NCBI GenBank assembly: GCA_965217865.1
Contig: CBDCJO010000002.1
Location: 256,001-320,000 of the forward strand
DNA length: 64,000 nt
From: Candidatus Latescibacterota bacterium
GTDB lineage: Bacteria > Latescibacterota > UBA2968 > SICM01
Direction: 5' to 3'
The stretch's first letter is position 1. Each line of letters begins with the position of its first letter. Positions 32,805 through 44,412 of this stretch are shown here, in pieces. The position numbers were made by a program, and so were the translations under genes. The notes below the pieces were generated by a model. That model was not told the origin of the DNA. It saw only the letters and a list, made by a program, of their open reading frames with translations, and searched no databases.

Positions 32805-34078
32805 TGATATGACCCGGGAAAAGTGGACAGTGGATTAAGCCGCTTTCTGCAGCGATAGCCGTTCAAAAAGGGCCGGGGGTACATAGTCCAGGTAAGCGTG
32901 CAGCCGCTGATTGTTGTAAAACATTTCGATGTACTCGAAGAGTTCGCGCTCTGCATGATCGAGGTTGGTCAAGTCGACGTGATACAGCCATTCGGTCTTC
33001 AAGGTTTTGAAGAATGACTCGGAGACGGCGTTGTCCCAGCAATCAGCCTTCTTGCTCATGCTTTGAACAAACTGATGCGCGTCGACGGCCTTTCGGAAGC
33101 CATCGCAGCAATACTGAATACCTCGATCGGAATGAATCATCAGACCCGGTTGCGGTCTGCGTTGCCATACTGCACGTGACAGGGCCGTGAGTACCGTTTC
33201 GTGCGCCAGCGAGGTGCTGACGCACCAGCCAACCACGCGACGCGAAAACAGGTCAATAAATACAACCAGATACAGCCATCCCGATCGACTGGACAAATAC
33301 GTGATATCGCTGACCCACACTTCGTTGGGACGACCCGCGTCAAAGGCCCGGTTCAGCAAGTTCGGGGATGCCTTCAGGTCGTGCTTCGTATCCGTGGTTA
33401 CCACGAACTTCCGACGTACCTTTGACCGCAGGCCCTGACGACGCATCGAAAAGGCCACGCGGTTGCGCCTATACGGCTTTCCCTGTGCCGCCAGCGCACG
33501 GCTGATCTTCAGGCTCCCATACCGGCCACGGCTGGCCTCGCAGGCCGCTTTTACCAGGACATCCAGAAGAAGTCGTTCCTGCTCGCGCTCGCTCTCAGGG
33601 CGGGGAAACCAGCCATAGTAACCGCTTGTTGACACATCGAGCAACTTCGCCATCCTCTCCACCGAAAACTCCAAGTGGTGGTCCTTTATGAACCTGAATC
33701 TGCTTTCGGTCCCTTTGAGAAGATGGCCACTACTTTTTTTAGGATGTCCCGTTCTTCCCGCGCGATGTCAAGCTCTCGAAGTAACCGGCGGTTCTCCTCC
33801 TCCAAAGGCTTCTGGTGACCTGTGCCCGGGAACGCATCAATCGGGTCTGCCTCCAGCTCATCACGCCAGCGCCGGATCGCCCCCTGGTATAATCCCAGGT
33901 CCCGTTCTATCTGCCGGTCCGTCTTTCCGCTGGTATCAGCCAGACGCACCGACTCTCTCTTGAACTCAGCATCATACCGCTTTCTCGGATGTGAAGTTCC
34001 TTGACCTTTCATAGACACACCTCCTATACCTACAAAATATACTGCCTCTTGGTGTGTCCACAATCCCCAAACAGGTCA
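32805..34078 (-). mobile_element. Full-length IS3-family element (orfA 33686-34012, orfB 32835-33674)
   Basis: TG...CA ends with inverted repeats; WVSDITY, HSDRGIQY, WDNAVSESFF; no matching target duplication. Confidence 0.95.
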
Positions 34079-35653
34079 CCTGCGTCTCTTGGTGCGCAGC
34101 TCGCTCCATCCTGTACTTGTTACTCTCCTCCTTCTTGATCTCTTCCGTCACCCGCTTGAGCGTCTCCGTGATCGTCTGCTCGGTTAAGGCGTCCTCTTCG
34201 CCGAGCGTCAAGTTCATCAGTTCAGCTTGGGCCAACTGACTGCTTCGTAGGAGTTGGTGATCGCGCGCGGTGATCTTCCCTTGCTTCTCAAGCTTTTCAA
34301 TCTCGCTCAGGTACTTCTCAAATAGTCCCATCGATGGTTGAAGTGCCGCATAGGAGAACGCCAACAACTCTGTCATAGGGACGGCGGGGGCACCGAGTGG
34401 AGCCTTCAACCACGCCATGTTCGCCAGGCTGAAGTCCGTGATCACGCTCGATACCTCCCGCGACGCCTCGTGCCTCTGCCCATACTGAAATGCCGCCCGA
34501 GAGAACCCAGCATTGCTTGTGACAAGAGCAGCCTTCGACCGCTCGACAATTGCCGGTGACGTGCCCGCCCTGAGCACATAGATGCTGCGAACAGAGTTGA
34601 TGTCGTGTTCCTTAGCGCGAGGATTGAGATACGATACTTCGTCATCGAGCGCCTTTTCGAATGCCGTCTCGTCAATCTGACAACCCTCGATATACCGTGG
34701 AGTGCTGAGCACGTCGATCCGAGCATCTCTGAGCTTGTCGTCAATCTGGCCCGCCAAGACGAGCAAGTCCGATCTGGTCGTTCGGCGTCGGCGCGCGTCC
34801 ATCACGATGGCCCCACGTCCGTTCGGAGATTCGATATGTTGAGCAGCTCCCGTAATCACGCGCTCAAGTTCATCGCGCGAGTGTGAAAACGTCGCAACGG
34901 TGGCACCTAGTTCGAGAAGCAACGCGACCAAGCTGTTGACGGCCGCTTGCTTTGGTTCTCCTTCAAGTCCCAACTGCCGAACAAGAAGTGGCGTATCAAA
35001 ATAGAACGTTACACCCTTGTAGGACATTGGGGCGTTTTTGAGGTCTGGACAAAGAAAGCGTTTGCCAGCATGTGTCCCTTGACGACCACGAGGAAGCTCT
35101 CAAAGCGTTCTGGATCTGTGTTCTGTAAAGCTAGGACGTATTTGCTCACAAGAACGATCTGCGAGTGGTGTTGACCCTCGATGGTTGGAATTGACGTCCC
35201 ACGAACGTATGCGCGTAGGCACGGGATGTTGAACTGCGTGAGGAAGGCGCAGATTGCGGTCACGGCTTCATCGCGGCTCCCAATGGGCTTGGCGGTGCCC
35301 TTGGAGAACTCGCTAAGGCCTGATATCACGGCTTGGATGTGCCGGATGGCATCGGCCTTTTTGGTGGCAATGCAAGGGTCTGGCAGCTCCCCTGTGATCC
35401 GATAAACGCCGCTCTCCTTCTTCAACGGATATTGGCGCGATAGCCGCTTGAGCACGACCTGAACGGCGCGGTCAGGAATCTCCAGTCCGAAATCGGCCCT
35501 GATAAGATCCCGGACGATGGTGTCCGTTACCGGGTCCGGCGTGTGTACGACAAGTATCTGAAGAATGAAGGGCCGAAGATAGTCCAGGTAATCCTGCCCC
35601 TGGTCCACATGAACCTTCAGCATTGCCAAGCTTGTTAGAGTTTCAGCGGACAC
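34079..35653 (-). pseudogene. Hypothetical protein, frameshifted near 35020 and truncated by IS3
   Basis: Two consecutive long ORFs (35009-35653, 33972-35027) overlapping at the shift; 3' end runs into the IS end. Confidence 0.65.
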
Positions 35654-36100
35654 TTGGAGTTACCCCGATTTACCTGTGTCAGGCGATAGCGCTGGTTCCT
35701 GCTGCGTGGTTTGTCCGGAATGGTCATTTCGATCAGCCCGACGTGAAGGGCGGGTAAGAGATACGCCTTGCGAAAGTGCTCGTCATTCTTCAACCCAAGC
35801 GCCTTCCGGAGGTCTTGCCTGGTCATTTCGCCCGAGATCGCTTGTAGTAGTTGAACTTCCGTCGTGACGTGCTCCACCGAACGCACATCCGCTGTTCTTG
35901 CCCGCACATCGGGGCTGGGCCAAAAGGTGGCGGTGAAGAAGCCGTTGACCTCGAATTCGGGCTCGGGGCAGCCCTGCGCGCGAGTCTCGTTCCGGATGCG
36001 CCGAATGCCGGTGCCCGCCTTCTCTATGAAGTCGATGCGATGGAGCAGGTCGGCGATCAGCGCGTTCCGACGAACACTCTTGCTCCCAAGATCCGATAAA
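35635..36100 (-). pseudogene. C-terminal fragment of an ATP-binding (RecG_C-like) protein with Fic-associated wHTH tail
   Basis: RNALIADLLHRIDFIEKAGTGIRRI and YLLPAL...IEMTIPDKPRSRNQRYRLT. Confidence 0.7.
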
Positions 36101-36276
36101 AGGTACGAGCGATCAGTGGGTTCCAGGGCCGACTCACCTCCCTGTAATTATAACCTAAGATGAGCGGTTCTTAGCGAAAAAAATAAGGGAATTCCTCTGT
36201 ACATGTGATGGATAAAGGCTTATAGTAAGTCAGAAGGTAGAAAGAAGACTTCACCCATCACGTGAAAGGAATTCCC

Positions 36277-37020
36277 ATGGCTAAATATAGGTTTTCTTCG
36301 CCTCTGAGCAAAGTGGAAACGACGTCGGATACCCTGGAAAATCGTGGAGGATTGAGCATCTTCAGCAGGTATCTCGAACAGACGCGCATTTTCGATTTGC
36401 TTGAAGTGGCATTCGGTTCCCTGCGCAAGAGCAGCAAAGGGCTTGCTGTCTGGCATCTGTTCCATCAGTTGCACTGCTTTTTCGCCGACGGGACGAGCCG
36501 GCATCTGTCCTGCTTTGATCAGATCAAGGAAGATCCGGGCTACGCAGCGTCTATTCAGGTCGCTTCGGAGGAGATGGCGTCATCCCACACCGTCAAGCGG
36601 TTCTTCAGACTGTTCTCCTGGACGACAGGGAAGATCTTCCGGCGGATCCTCAAAGAACTGTTCGTGTGGCGTCTCCACTTCACTTCACACGACCCGCGGC
36701 GTCACGCCGACCTACAGGAAGAAGAAAGGCTTTCAGCCGATCCAGTTCACCTGGAAGGGCACGATCATTGACGCGGTGTTCCGCAGCGGCAAGTGGCACG
36801 GAATGACGAGGGGGACAGCCAAGGAGATGATCAAAGAGCTTGTGCATCTCATCCGAAGCCGCTATCGATCGGACGCCACGATCGTGCTCGAGATGGATGC
36901 CGGATTCTTCGACCAGATGTATTTCAAGCTGTGCGACGACCTGAACGCCGGCTTCGTGGCTTCAGGGAAAATGCATCCTGGCGTGAAAAAACACGTAGGC
37001 CAGACGGGAACACCGTGGAC
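36277..37020 (+). mobile_element. IS1380-like transposase remnant, internally deleted and truncated
   Basis: RGGLSIF, PTYRKKKGFQP, FRSGKWH, MDAGFFD motifs over two frames. Confidence 0.7.
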
Positions 37021-37483
37021 GTCCTCCGGTGTGTTGCCGAGCCCATACTTGGCCGCCATACCGACTTCCATAGCGGCGAACGCGGTCGACACAGAATGTG
37101 GACCGGGATTCTGCGGTCATAGGGCCACTGAGCCTTCTAAAACCGGATTGAGGTTAAGCATAAGCCAGAACGGCTTCAATTATCTTTTTCGCTGCGCCCG
37201 GCGAAGGCGACAACTCTGTCAAAGCCTGAAAGATCCGCTGGTAAGTGGCAACGTCGGAACGCCGGACATTTCCGAGTGGCGGTCGGCCACGCCTAGGCCG
37301 GAAGTCCCTCAGTTTCGTATCCAGATTTTCCAACCGTGCGATGTCCTCCAGGGCCGAGGGACAACTGAGCATATGACCTGCAGGGATCGTGGTTGTCGTG
37401 CGAAGGAATTCCAGGGCATCCGCTTTGTTTCTCGTCAACAGCCCCATCTGTGCCTTTCCTGCTGACGGGAAACACAAAGAACC

Positions 37484-37900
37484 TCATATCGGCTTCACTT
37501 TATCGCCATTCACGACATCATCGAAAGGCTCTATCTCGCCAGGAATCGTAATCGTTTCCCGCTCACTCCCGAAGCTATACATAATCCCACGCCTAACCAC
37601 TTCCCGTCGCTCATTTGGGCCTTTGCGATCTGAAGACACCGTCGTTAAATTCTCCTGAACGTGGGTTGCAACGCCCGTGCCCCTAACAATCTCGAGCAGC
37701 CCCAAGTCTTGTCCTGTTTCTGGGTCCTTTATGGGATTTGTGTCCAGGTGGTACACCAAGAAGCGTTGTTCCTTCTGAATGCCATGCTTTGCACCTCGGT
37801 TGATGATAACCTTATGGTTGTCGATGACACGGACAACTGTGGCTGGAAAACTTACTGTGGCTGCTTTTGCTTCAGTCATCAAGGCCTCCACTCTCCCCAC
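37484..37900 (-). CDS. Small beta-rich protein resembling FlgT C-terminal domain
   Basis: VIINRGAKHGI...IKDPETGQDLG motif; overlaps the upstream membrane-protein gene. Confidence 0.6.
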   Translation of the reverse strand: MGRVEALMTEAKAATVSFPATVVRVIDNHKVIINRGAKHGIQKEQRFLVYHLDTNPIKDPETGQDLGLLEIVRGTGVATHVQENLTTVSSDRKGPNERREVVRRGIMYSFGSERETITIPGEIEPFDDVVNGDKVKPI

Positions 37901-38459
37901 TATTCATGGCAAAGGCTGGATTCATGGCAAAGGCTGGCACGCTTGGTTTCACGATCAACCGTTGCAACGTGTCCGAGTTGTTCTCTTGCAGTTTGTCCAC
38001 AATAGCCTCCTGCCCTTTTGCTACTTGTTTCAATCCGACCTGAATTCTGAGGTCATCCTGAACATTCAGCACAAGCCCTATTCCGATCAAGACCTCGAAC
38101 TCCCCCGAATCCTTGAAATAGAACGAAACCACTACGCCGTGACTGAACAGCTCCGACTGCTCAAGAAGGCAAACGACATGGTAATCCTCGGAGGCACCGG
38201 TCCCTTTGCGCGAGAGAATGACACGAGGAAGTCGGCCTGAAAGTTCTTGGAGCGCCGAATAAGCCATGTGGGCAAGCGTGACCAGTATTGCGATACCAAA
38301 CATGTCAGTGACGATTACCATTCCGAGTGGCACTTGTATAGTCGGTGGGAAATACCAGGGTAAAAGAGCCAATGGCATGGACAAGATAGCGACCAGTGCC
38401 CCGTATGATCTCTGAGTGCTACACCAGAACCTTCTCCAGAATGACTGGTTCATGATCAT
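37872..38459 (-). CDS. Hypothetical protein with two N-terminal transmembrane segments
   Basis: Two hydrophobic stretches within the first ~65 residues; 18-bp tandem duplication at 37902-37937. Confidence 0.65.
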   Translation of the reverse strand: MIMNQSFWRRFWCSTQRSYGALVAILSMPLALLPWYFPPTIQVPLGMVIVTDMFGIAILVTLAHMAYSALQELSGRLPRVILSRKGTGASEDYHVVCLLEQSELFSHGVVVSFYFKDSGEFEVLIGIGLVLNVQDDLRIQVGLKQVAKGQEAIVDKLQENNSDTLQRLIVKPSVPAFAMNPAFAMNSGESGGLDD

Positions 38460-38587
38460 ATCGTGCGCTGCCGGGGTTCGGCGCCGCCATTCTTGCTCGG
38501 CCGATTCAACTCGAACCAGCGTTGAAAATCGTCGAACGCTTCAGAAACAGTCCAACTCCGTAATTCGAGTTCGTCGGCCAGCGCCTG

Positions 38588-38773
38588 TGGCCTGTTTGGG
38601 GATTGTGGACACACCAAGAGGTAGTATATTTTGTAGGTATAGGAGGTGTGTCTATGAAAGGTCAAGGAACTTCACATCCGGGAAAGCGGTATGATTCTGA
38701 GTTCAAGAGAGAGTCGGTGCGTCTGGCTGACACCAGTGGAAAGACGGACCGGCAGATAGAACGGAACCTGGGA
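38588..38773 (+). mobile_element. Left-end fragment of the IS3 element (third copy)
   Basis: Matches the reverse complement of the left ends of the 32805-34078 and 14632-15345 copies. Confidence 0.9.
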
Positions 38774-39166
38774 GCCCTGATTGTTGTGAGAATATACCAA
38801 TATAACAGGGAATGACAGGTCACACCAGTCTAAATTGAGGCAGGCTGGACAAAGGACACATCGGGAGGGAAGTGATGGCTGTGCCCCTTGTAGTCCGTGA
38901 ATTGGGTCACTTCGACGCCGGAACAGGCATCCTTAACGATTCGCATTTCCGGGGACATTTCAAAAGCAGGTCGACGGAGTGCTGGCCGCCAGGGAACTGA
39001 CCGACATGATACTCCTCGAATGACCCGGAGCACATTCCCACGTACGTGATGGCGTGTATTCATTCGGACGTGCCATGCTGCTTGCAGGAAGCGCATCGTC
39101 TCGAACTGGACGAGCGTGAACTCGGCATGGAACTTGTGCCCCTTCACGAAGGGAATCGCCAGCAGG

Positions 39167-39500
39167 GACCGGACCCACCGGGTCCGGCTTCCAGTGAATA
39201 CGTATCGGAGGACCTTCCTAAACGTCGAACCAGGCTGTTAAACAAGGCCGACGGGAAAAACAGAGAATCAGAGAATCCGGAGGAGATATCTCTGCTCAGC
39301 GGACGCAACCCCACGGTTGTGCTCGAACACCGGGGGGAACGCTTCGAAACAGAGAATCGGCAGAGAGGGGAAGGAGGTGGCACAAGTGTTTGTGAATACG
39401 GCAGAAACGACAGGACCCCGAAGGGTTGCCCCACGGGGTCTTGCGTTAACGGACGACCGCCTAAGTTGGCGGATGAGAATATGGCTCCCCATATGATCCT
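39167..39500 (+). repeat. Structured non-coding segment, possibly a transposon end
   Basis: First 145 bp repeated at 26975; hairpins ccggaccc-a-ccgggtccgg and gacccc...ggggtc; no credible ORF. Confidence 0.5.
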
Positions 39501-39990
39501 CTCCCCGGAACCATTCTCTGTTCGTCAGTGGTAACATGCTGTATTGAAAGGATATATCGTAATTACGCCCGCACCGTCGAGGCGGAAACCATGTCAAGAC
39601 GTCAAGACCGATTCCCGTTTTTCCAGTCATATCAGTCGTTTCTCCCACATTGAGACCGGCTCCCCAACTGCACCCTTTTCCTAACCGCTCACCCTCACGC
39701 CAGAGAGAGAAACCTCTTGTATTTGAGGAAGTTGTGGAACATGGACGCCTGGAGGGTGCGGGAAGCAGTCAACTTTTTGTCACTGGCTTCAGGTCGGCGT
39801 GACGGCCCTGGAGTTTTTGGAGATCCAGAAAAGGTCGGGGCGAAGCTCAATGTCTCGAACCTGGCCGTCATCCAACGGGCCGCGGCCGCTTCTGATCGCT
39901 TGGATCTGAAGCCTCCCTGGTTGACAGCTTCCGGCCAAACGGCTATATTACTGCATTCCGGGGGAGGGGGAGAGGGGATTTGATCGAAAT

Positions 39991-40263
39991 TTGAGGAACA
40001 ACCCTGTGCAAAGTCTATTGCCCATGCACCGGAGCCCGCGATGCGGTGCCAGGACGAGAAGCGGGATGCCGTGCCGGTCACCCGCGATGACGAACGGCCG
40101 TTGCCGGATGCACGGGGGAACATCGCCCGGCGCACCGGCCGGTAACACGAACGCCTTCAAACACGGTCTTTTCACCGCCGCGGCGACCGCCGAGCGGCGG
40201 GAAGTGGCTGCGCTCATTCGTGGGATGAAGAGCCTTGTCGAGCAGGTCGACGGTCAAGACTGA
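39991..40263 (+). CDS. HGGxSTG-domain small protein (phage/ICE associated)
   Basis: RCGARTRSG..C...AM.NGRCRMHGGTSPGAP.GN.NA.KHG. Confidence 0.8.
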   Translation: MRNNPVQSLLPMHRSPRCGARTRSGMPCRSPAMTNGRCRMHGGTSPGAPAGNTNAFKHGLFTAAATAERREVAALIRGMKSLVEQVDGQD

Positions 40264-40814
40264 CCAGCCGTGCAGCCTGTTGGGGGGCAACTCCGGGGCC
40301 AGTTTGCCGCGGCCGGAGGGAGGCAGAGTTGCGCAAGCGTAGGGCAAATCAGCCGGACCCTGAAAGGAGTGTTTCATACCTCAAAGAATGTTGCGCCGGC
40401 GCGAAGTCGAAGCGTGAACCACCTGTTCCCGGCGAAAGACCTGAAAGGTCGGAAGCTGCGCCAAGCCAAGCCACGCCGGGTGCTGGTCCAACCTGCCGAC
40501 GGACTTCGAGGGCGTCTACCCCTGTTGCGACCCCGACGGGGAACGATTACGCGCGAACCTGTCGTTACCCTGCCGGTCTACCCGGCCGATCCCTGCCGAC
40601 GCAACGGCGAGGCGTGGGCGCATCGCATGCCCGGGCATCGCTTTCCGTACCGCGTCGAGACGCTGACCGGCGACGGACGGACGGTGCTGATCGTCGAAGG
40701 CGAAAAGTGCGCGGACGTGGCGGCCCGGGTTTTCAACCGTATCTGACGCTGGGCCTGGCTGGCGAAGGGGACCGGTGATCCTTCCCAACGAGTTGGAGAG
40801 AGTGATCGGCCCGG

Positions 40815-41836
40815 ATCGTGCGATGAACTTCTTGCGGAGTTTCCCGGCATCTGTAAGGGTGTTGGCGTAGGGGATCTGAACGAGCAACGCCCGAGCCTGG
40901 ACCTGTTGGCGCTTATGGATCTGGTTGACCACGTTGAGGACCTTGTGGTTCCAGCACCGCTGCTGCCGGGTCTGTGGCCAGACCTGATTGACCGCGGACC
41001 AGATTCCCATATTGCCGTCGGCGACGACGAGAGCAGGGGGGCTCAAGCCACGATCACGTAAGCCTCTGAGGACCTCCAGCCAGGACTCGGTAAACTCCCT
41101 GTATCCGGGCACCATGGCGAGAACCTCTTTGCGGCCGTCGCTCGTGGCCCCGATGACGATCAGCAGGCACGCCTTATCCTTCTCGAGCCCGGCCTTGACG
41201 TAGATGTCGTCGGCCCAGGCGTAGACCAACTCGCGATCATCCAGGCGTCGTTCCTGCCAGGTTTGGTAGTCGGTTTCCCATTGGCCGCGGAGTCGGGCAA
41301 TCGACGATGAAGACAACGGTGCCCCATCTCCGAGCAGACCCCGCAGGGCCAGCTCGAAGTCGCCTTGAGCCAGACCGTGCAGATAGAGCTCTGGCAGCAG
41401 TGCTCCCACCTCTTTTGTGCGACGCGCGAACAAAGGCAGGATCCGGCTCTCGAAGCGCTCCTTCAACCCACGAACACGGGGTCGCTTGATCTTTATCGTG
41501 CCACAGCAGGTCGACAATCGGCGCGGTTTCCCATAGCCGTTGCGATAACCGGGGGCCGCATCGACAACTCCTTTACGCTCATACCACCCTCGGCCGAGGA
41601 ACTGGGTCACTTCCTCCCCGGCAATCGACTGGATGCGAACCTCGATCTCATCTCGAATCCACCCTTCCAGGGCCTCCCAGGTAGGTATGGACAAAGGCGG
41701 TGCGTGTGATATATGTTTCTTCAAGGCCGATCCTCCTTCCCACCGGGGCCCAATGCCCGGAAGCGTGAATAGTGACTATCTCACGGGAAGTTGAGGGTCG
41801 CCTCCTCTCTTTTTTCACACCTTTCGAATGTAGCTC
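40815..41836 (-). mobile_element. IS256-family element, 5' part with left end; 3'-truncated
   Basis: YRNGYGKPR, LYLHGLA, VADG, QRCWNHK motifs; terminus gagctacattcgaaaggtgtg. Confidence 0.9.
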
Positions 41837-41857
41837 CAACAGCGGAAAGGATTACGT

Positions 41858-42878
41858 ATGGCCGTTCAGAAAATGGTAGCACTTTTCGATGAGTCTGGAA
41901 GGCCGGCTATAAAAGACGACGAGAGGACGGATTGGTTTTTGGGCGTCGGTGTAGGCTACGAGCAATCGGCGGAGAAGGCTATCTTTGCGGAGTGCGAAAG
42001 TGCTTCTGGGTTGGCGGAAAAGGAGCCTCTGAAAAACCACTGCATTACAAACTCCCGTGCGGTATGTATTGCAACAATCTTAGCAGACTTGCCCGCATGG
42101 ATCTCTGTTTCTCGCGTGAACACGGCAAATCCGACATATCGTAACGTGGTTGTTGATTACGAGGTTTTTGGTAACAAAATTAGGCAGTCGCGCCATTTCC
42201 CACGACGCCGCAAAGCCCACATTATCCATTCCCATGTACTTGACCACTGTCTATTTCATGAAAGTATTTGAACTTGGATACCCCTTCCTTTGGAAGGGGA
42301 GGAAAAGTTTAGCTTGCTGAGGGTAAGCTAAAAGGCTGTTTTGTCCGTACCGTAGTCGAAAAGGTAACTTCTAAAGTGATCAGAGGATATATTCGGTTTC
42401 ATCTTCAAGAGCAGAAAGGGCCCCTACAGTTGGATCTGTTTGGGGAGGGGAGTGGTTAATGCCCCGCCCTTTGGGCGGGGTGATTTACTTGATCACGCGC
42501 CCTTTTGAGACAGGTGAAGGCGACGCAGTCTTCTCGGTATTCATTGACAATTGGTCCATCCCTAAGAAAGACATTGATATTTACCTTAAGGAAAGGACTA
42601 CATTACTGCGCAAATCCATATCGTCACTCTGTGGCAAGTATGGCCTAAGTCAACCAGTTTCGATAGCACCTATTCAACTGCTTAAGGAGGATACCAGCAG
42701 GAAGAGGTTCGTCGATGTCGTTGCCAGTGTCGTCAGCAGGGCATACCTGAAGACGGACAACCGGAGATACTCGTGCGAAGCGGCGAATATTCTTATGGAA
42801 TGTGGAAAGGCGTTATTTCAAGACGCAACAAACTACTCCATAAATCTTATGCGAAAAACGATGAACCAGACGATCTGA
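41858..42878 (+). pseudogene. DUF3800-like (RNase H fold) protein split by a miniature IS200/IS605 element
   Basis: N-terminal FDESG; removing 223 or 226 bp at ~42268-42493 joins HESI to TRPFETG in frame. Confidence 0.7.
42268..42491 (-). mobile_element. Internally deleted IS200/IS605-family element (PATE-like)
   Basis: Subterminal hairpins ccccttcc-ttt-ggaagggg and ccccgccc-ttt-gggcgggg; TnpA-like tail TSKVIRGYIRFHLQEQKGPLQLDLF; minus-strand ends TGAT|CAAG and TTCA(A). Confidence 0.8.
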
Positions 42879-42933
42879 CCAACAAGCCCGCCGGACAAGA
42901 TGAATCCGTTGGATTGAGCGTCGTAGGCGATTC

Positions 42934-44069
42934 TTCTGTTTCGTTCCGACGGGTATCGGACGGAAACGTCAAAGTCGATCGTTCGTCGTTAATTTCAGCA
43001 GGGGCTAGGAAGTGCCAGTTTTTGATCTTTTTTCATATCGCAAACGGCGGGCCGAGGGCGAAAGACCGGATGTATTCGTCTACGACACGCTTCCCCAGCC
43101 ACTCCGAGTGCAAATCGTCCGAATTATGCAAGATGCTATCGGCCGATTTCATGTCTATAATTCCCCGTTCGATGGCGCGATCGAGAACAATAAAGGCTGG
43201 CAAATTATCCACGATACGGTTGCCCGGGAGCATGGTGTATTCCGGTTAGCGGATGAAATAAAACTAGATGCTCGTTGCGCGTATTTTCTTCTCAACTGTG
43301 ATTCGGTGAAACGAGTGCTTGATCTTGTTGAATTCAGCTTTCGCTACGTCGATAAGATTGCCCGGATATTCAACGAACATGATCGCCAGAGAAAAGGGAT
43401 AGAGGTGACAGCAAGCGATGCAATTGCTGAGCTCAACGAGCGTTTCCGACGTGCTGGCGTGGGATATCAATTTGAGGAGGGAAAGATCTTTCGTGTCGAC
43501 TCAGAATTGATTCACTCCGAAGTGGTGCGGCCCGCGCTTCGACATCTCCACCAAAAGGGCTTTGAGGGGCCACGTGATGAATTCATCCGCGCGCACAAGC
43601 ATTACCGTGCTGGCGAAATGCAAGATGCAATCACGGATGCCAACAACGCGTTCGAAAGCACATTGAAGGCGATTTGCGATCAGAAAGGTTGGCGGTATCC
43701 AGAGGGTGCCCGTGCTTCGGATCTTCTCAAGCTAGTGCGCGCGAAGGATCTTTTGCCAGACTATCTGGACCGGTCGTTCGACCAGCTGATTGCTACACTT
43801 AAGTCGGGTCTTCCGGAAGTGAGGAACGAGGAGGGTGCTCATGGCCAAGGAGCAACACCGCGGAAGACACCCAATTATGTGGCGGCCTACGCGCTCCATT
43901 TGGCGGCCGCCAACATACTGTTTCTCGCTGAAGCGCATAAAGCGATGAAATAAATAAGGCATACCGTGATGTTTCGCTTCATCAGACGGCTGTTCGGGAA
44001 CGATGTCACCACGGCCGATAGCCGGGGCGGCGACGACACGGAGTTGGTCGTTCATCGATCGTCCCGCGC
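42934..44069 (+). repeat. 1.14-kb direct repeat, copy 1 (copy 2 at 61569-62720)
   Basis: Near-identical sequence; copy 2 is 16 bp longer. Confidence 0.95.
43012..43953 (+). CDS. Abortive-infection family protein (AbiJ-like N-terminus + Abi_C/HEPN; STM4504/CBY_0614-like), copy 1
   Basis: DVFVYD.LP..LRVQI, AFESTLKAI, VRNEEGAHGQG. Confidence 0.85.
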   Translation: MPVFDLFSYRKRRAEGERPDVFVYDTLPQPLRVQIVRIMQDAIGRFHVYNSPFDGAIENNKGWQIIHDTVAREHGVFRLADEIKLDARCAYFLLNCDSVKRVLDLVEFSFRYVDKIARIFNEHDRQRKGIEVTASDAIAELNERFRRAGVGYQFEEGKIFRVDSELIHSEVVRPALRHLHQKGFEGPRDEFIRAHKHYRAGEMQDAITDANNAFESTLKAICDQKGWRYPEGARASDLLKLVRAKDLLPDYLDRSFDQLIATLKSGLPEVRNEEGAHGQGATPRKTPNYVAAYALHLAAANILFLAEAHKAMK

Positions 44070-44412
44070 ACACAAGCCCTGCGTCAGCGACACCTATTTC
44101 GACACCATGTCCCGGATGCAGGCGGCCGTCTCGAACCGGGATTACGAGGGGGCCGCACGGCTTGTGTGCGAGTCTCAAGTGCTACTGCGAACGCGATCTG
44201 AATATCGTGATTTAAGAGAAGAAAGCCTGGATGGTACGAAGCTGGAATTTATCCCCAGGTCCAGTCAACTATCACGATTATTTGCACCCGGTTAACGAGG
44301 GTGTATTAGCATTAGGTCCGTCTTATAGGTTGACAGTCCACATCTTTATCGAGTTGCGCGAATTCTACAATTTCTAGAACTTGAACTCGACCGCCGTTTC
44401 GAAGGAAGGCAA

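Noticed and set aside
36401-37465. 354-aa ORF as a complete transposase
   Set aside because: Only the middle is IS1380-like; the tail is antisense to another gene remnant.
39167-39500. Group II intron fragment
   Set aside because: No GTGCG 5' end, no domain V motif and no reverse transcriptase remnant.
40516-40814. C-terminus of the 402-aa IS256 ORF
   Set aside because: Read-through into the antisense strand of a primase/TOPRIM scrap (VLIVEGEKCAD); the transposase is truncated at 40815.
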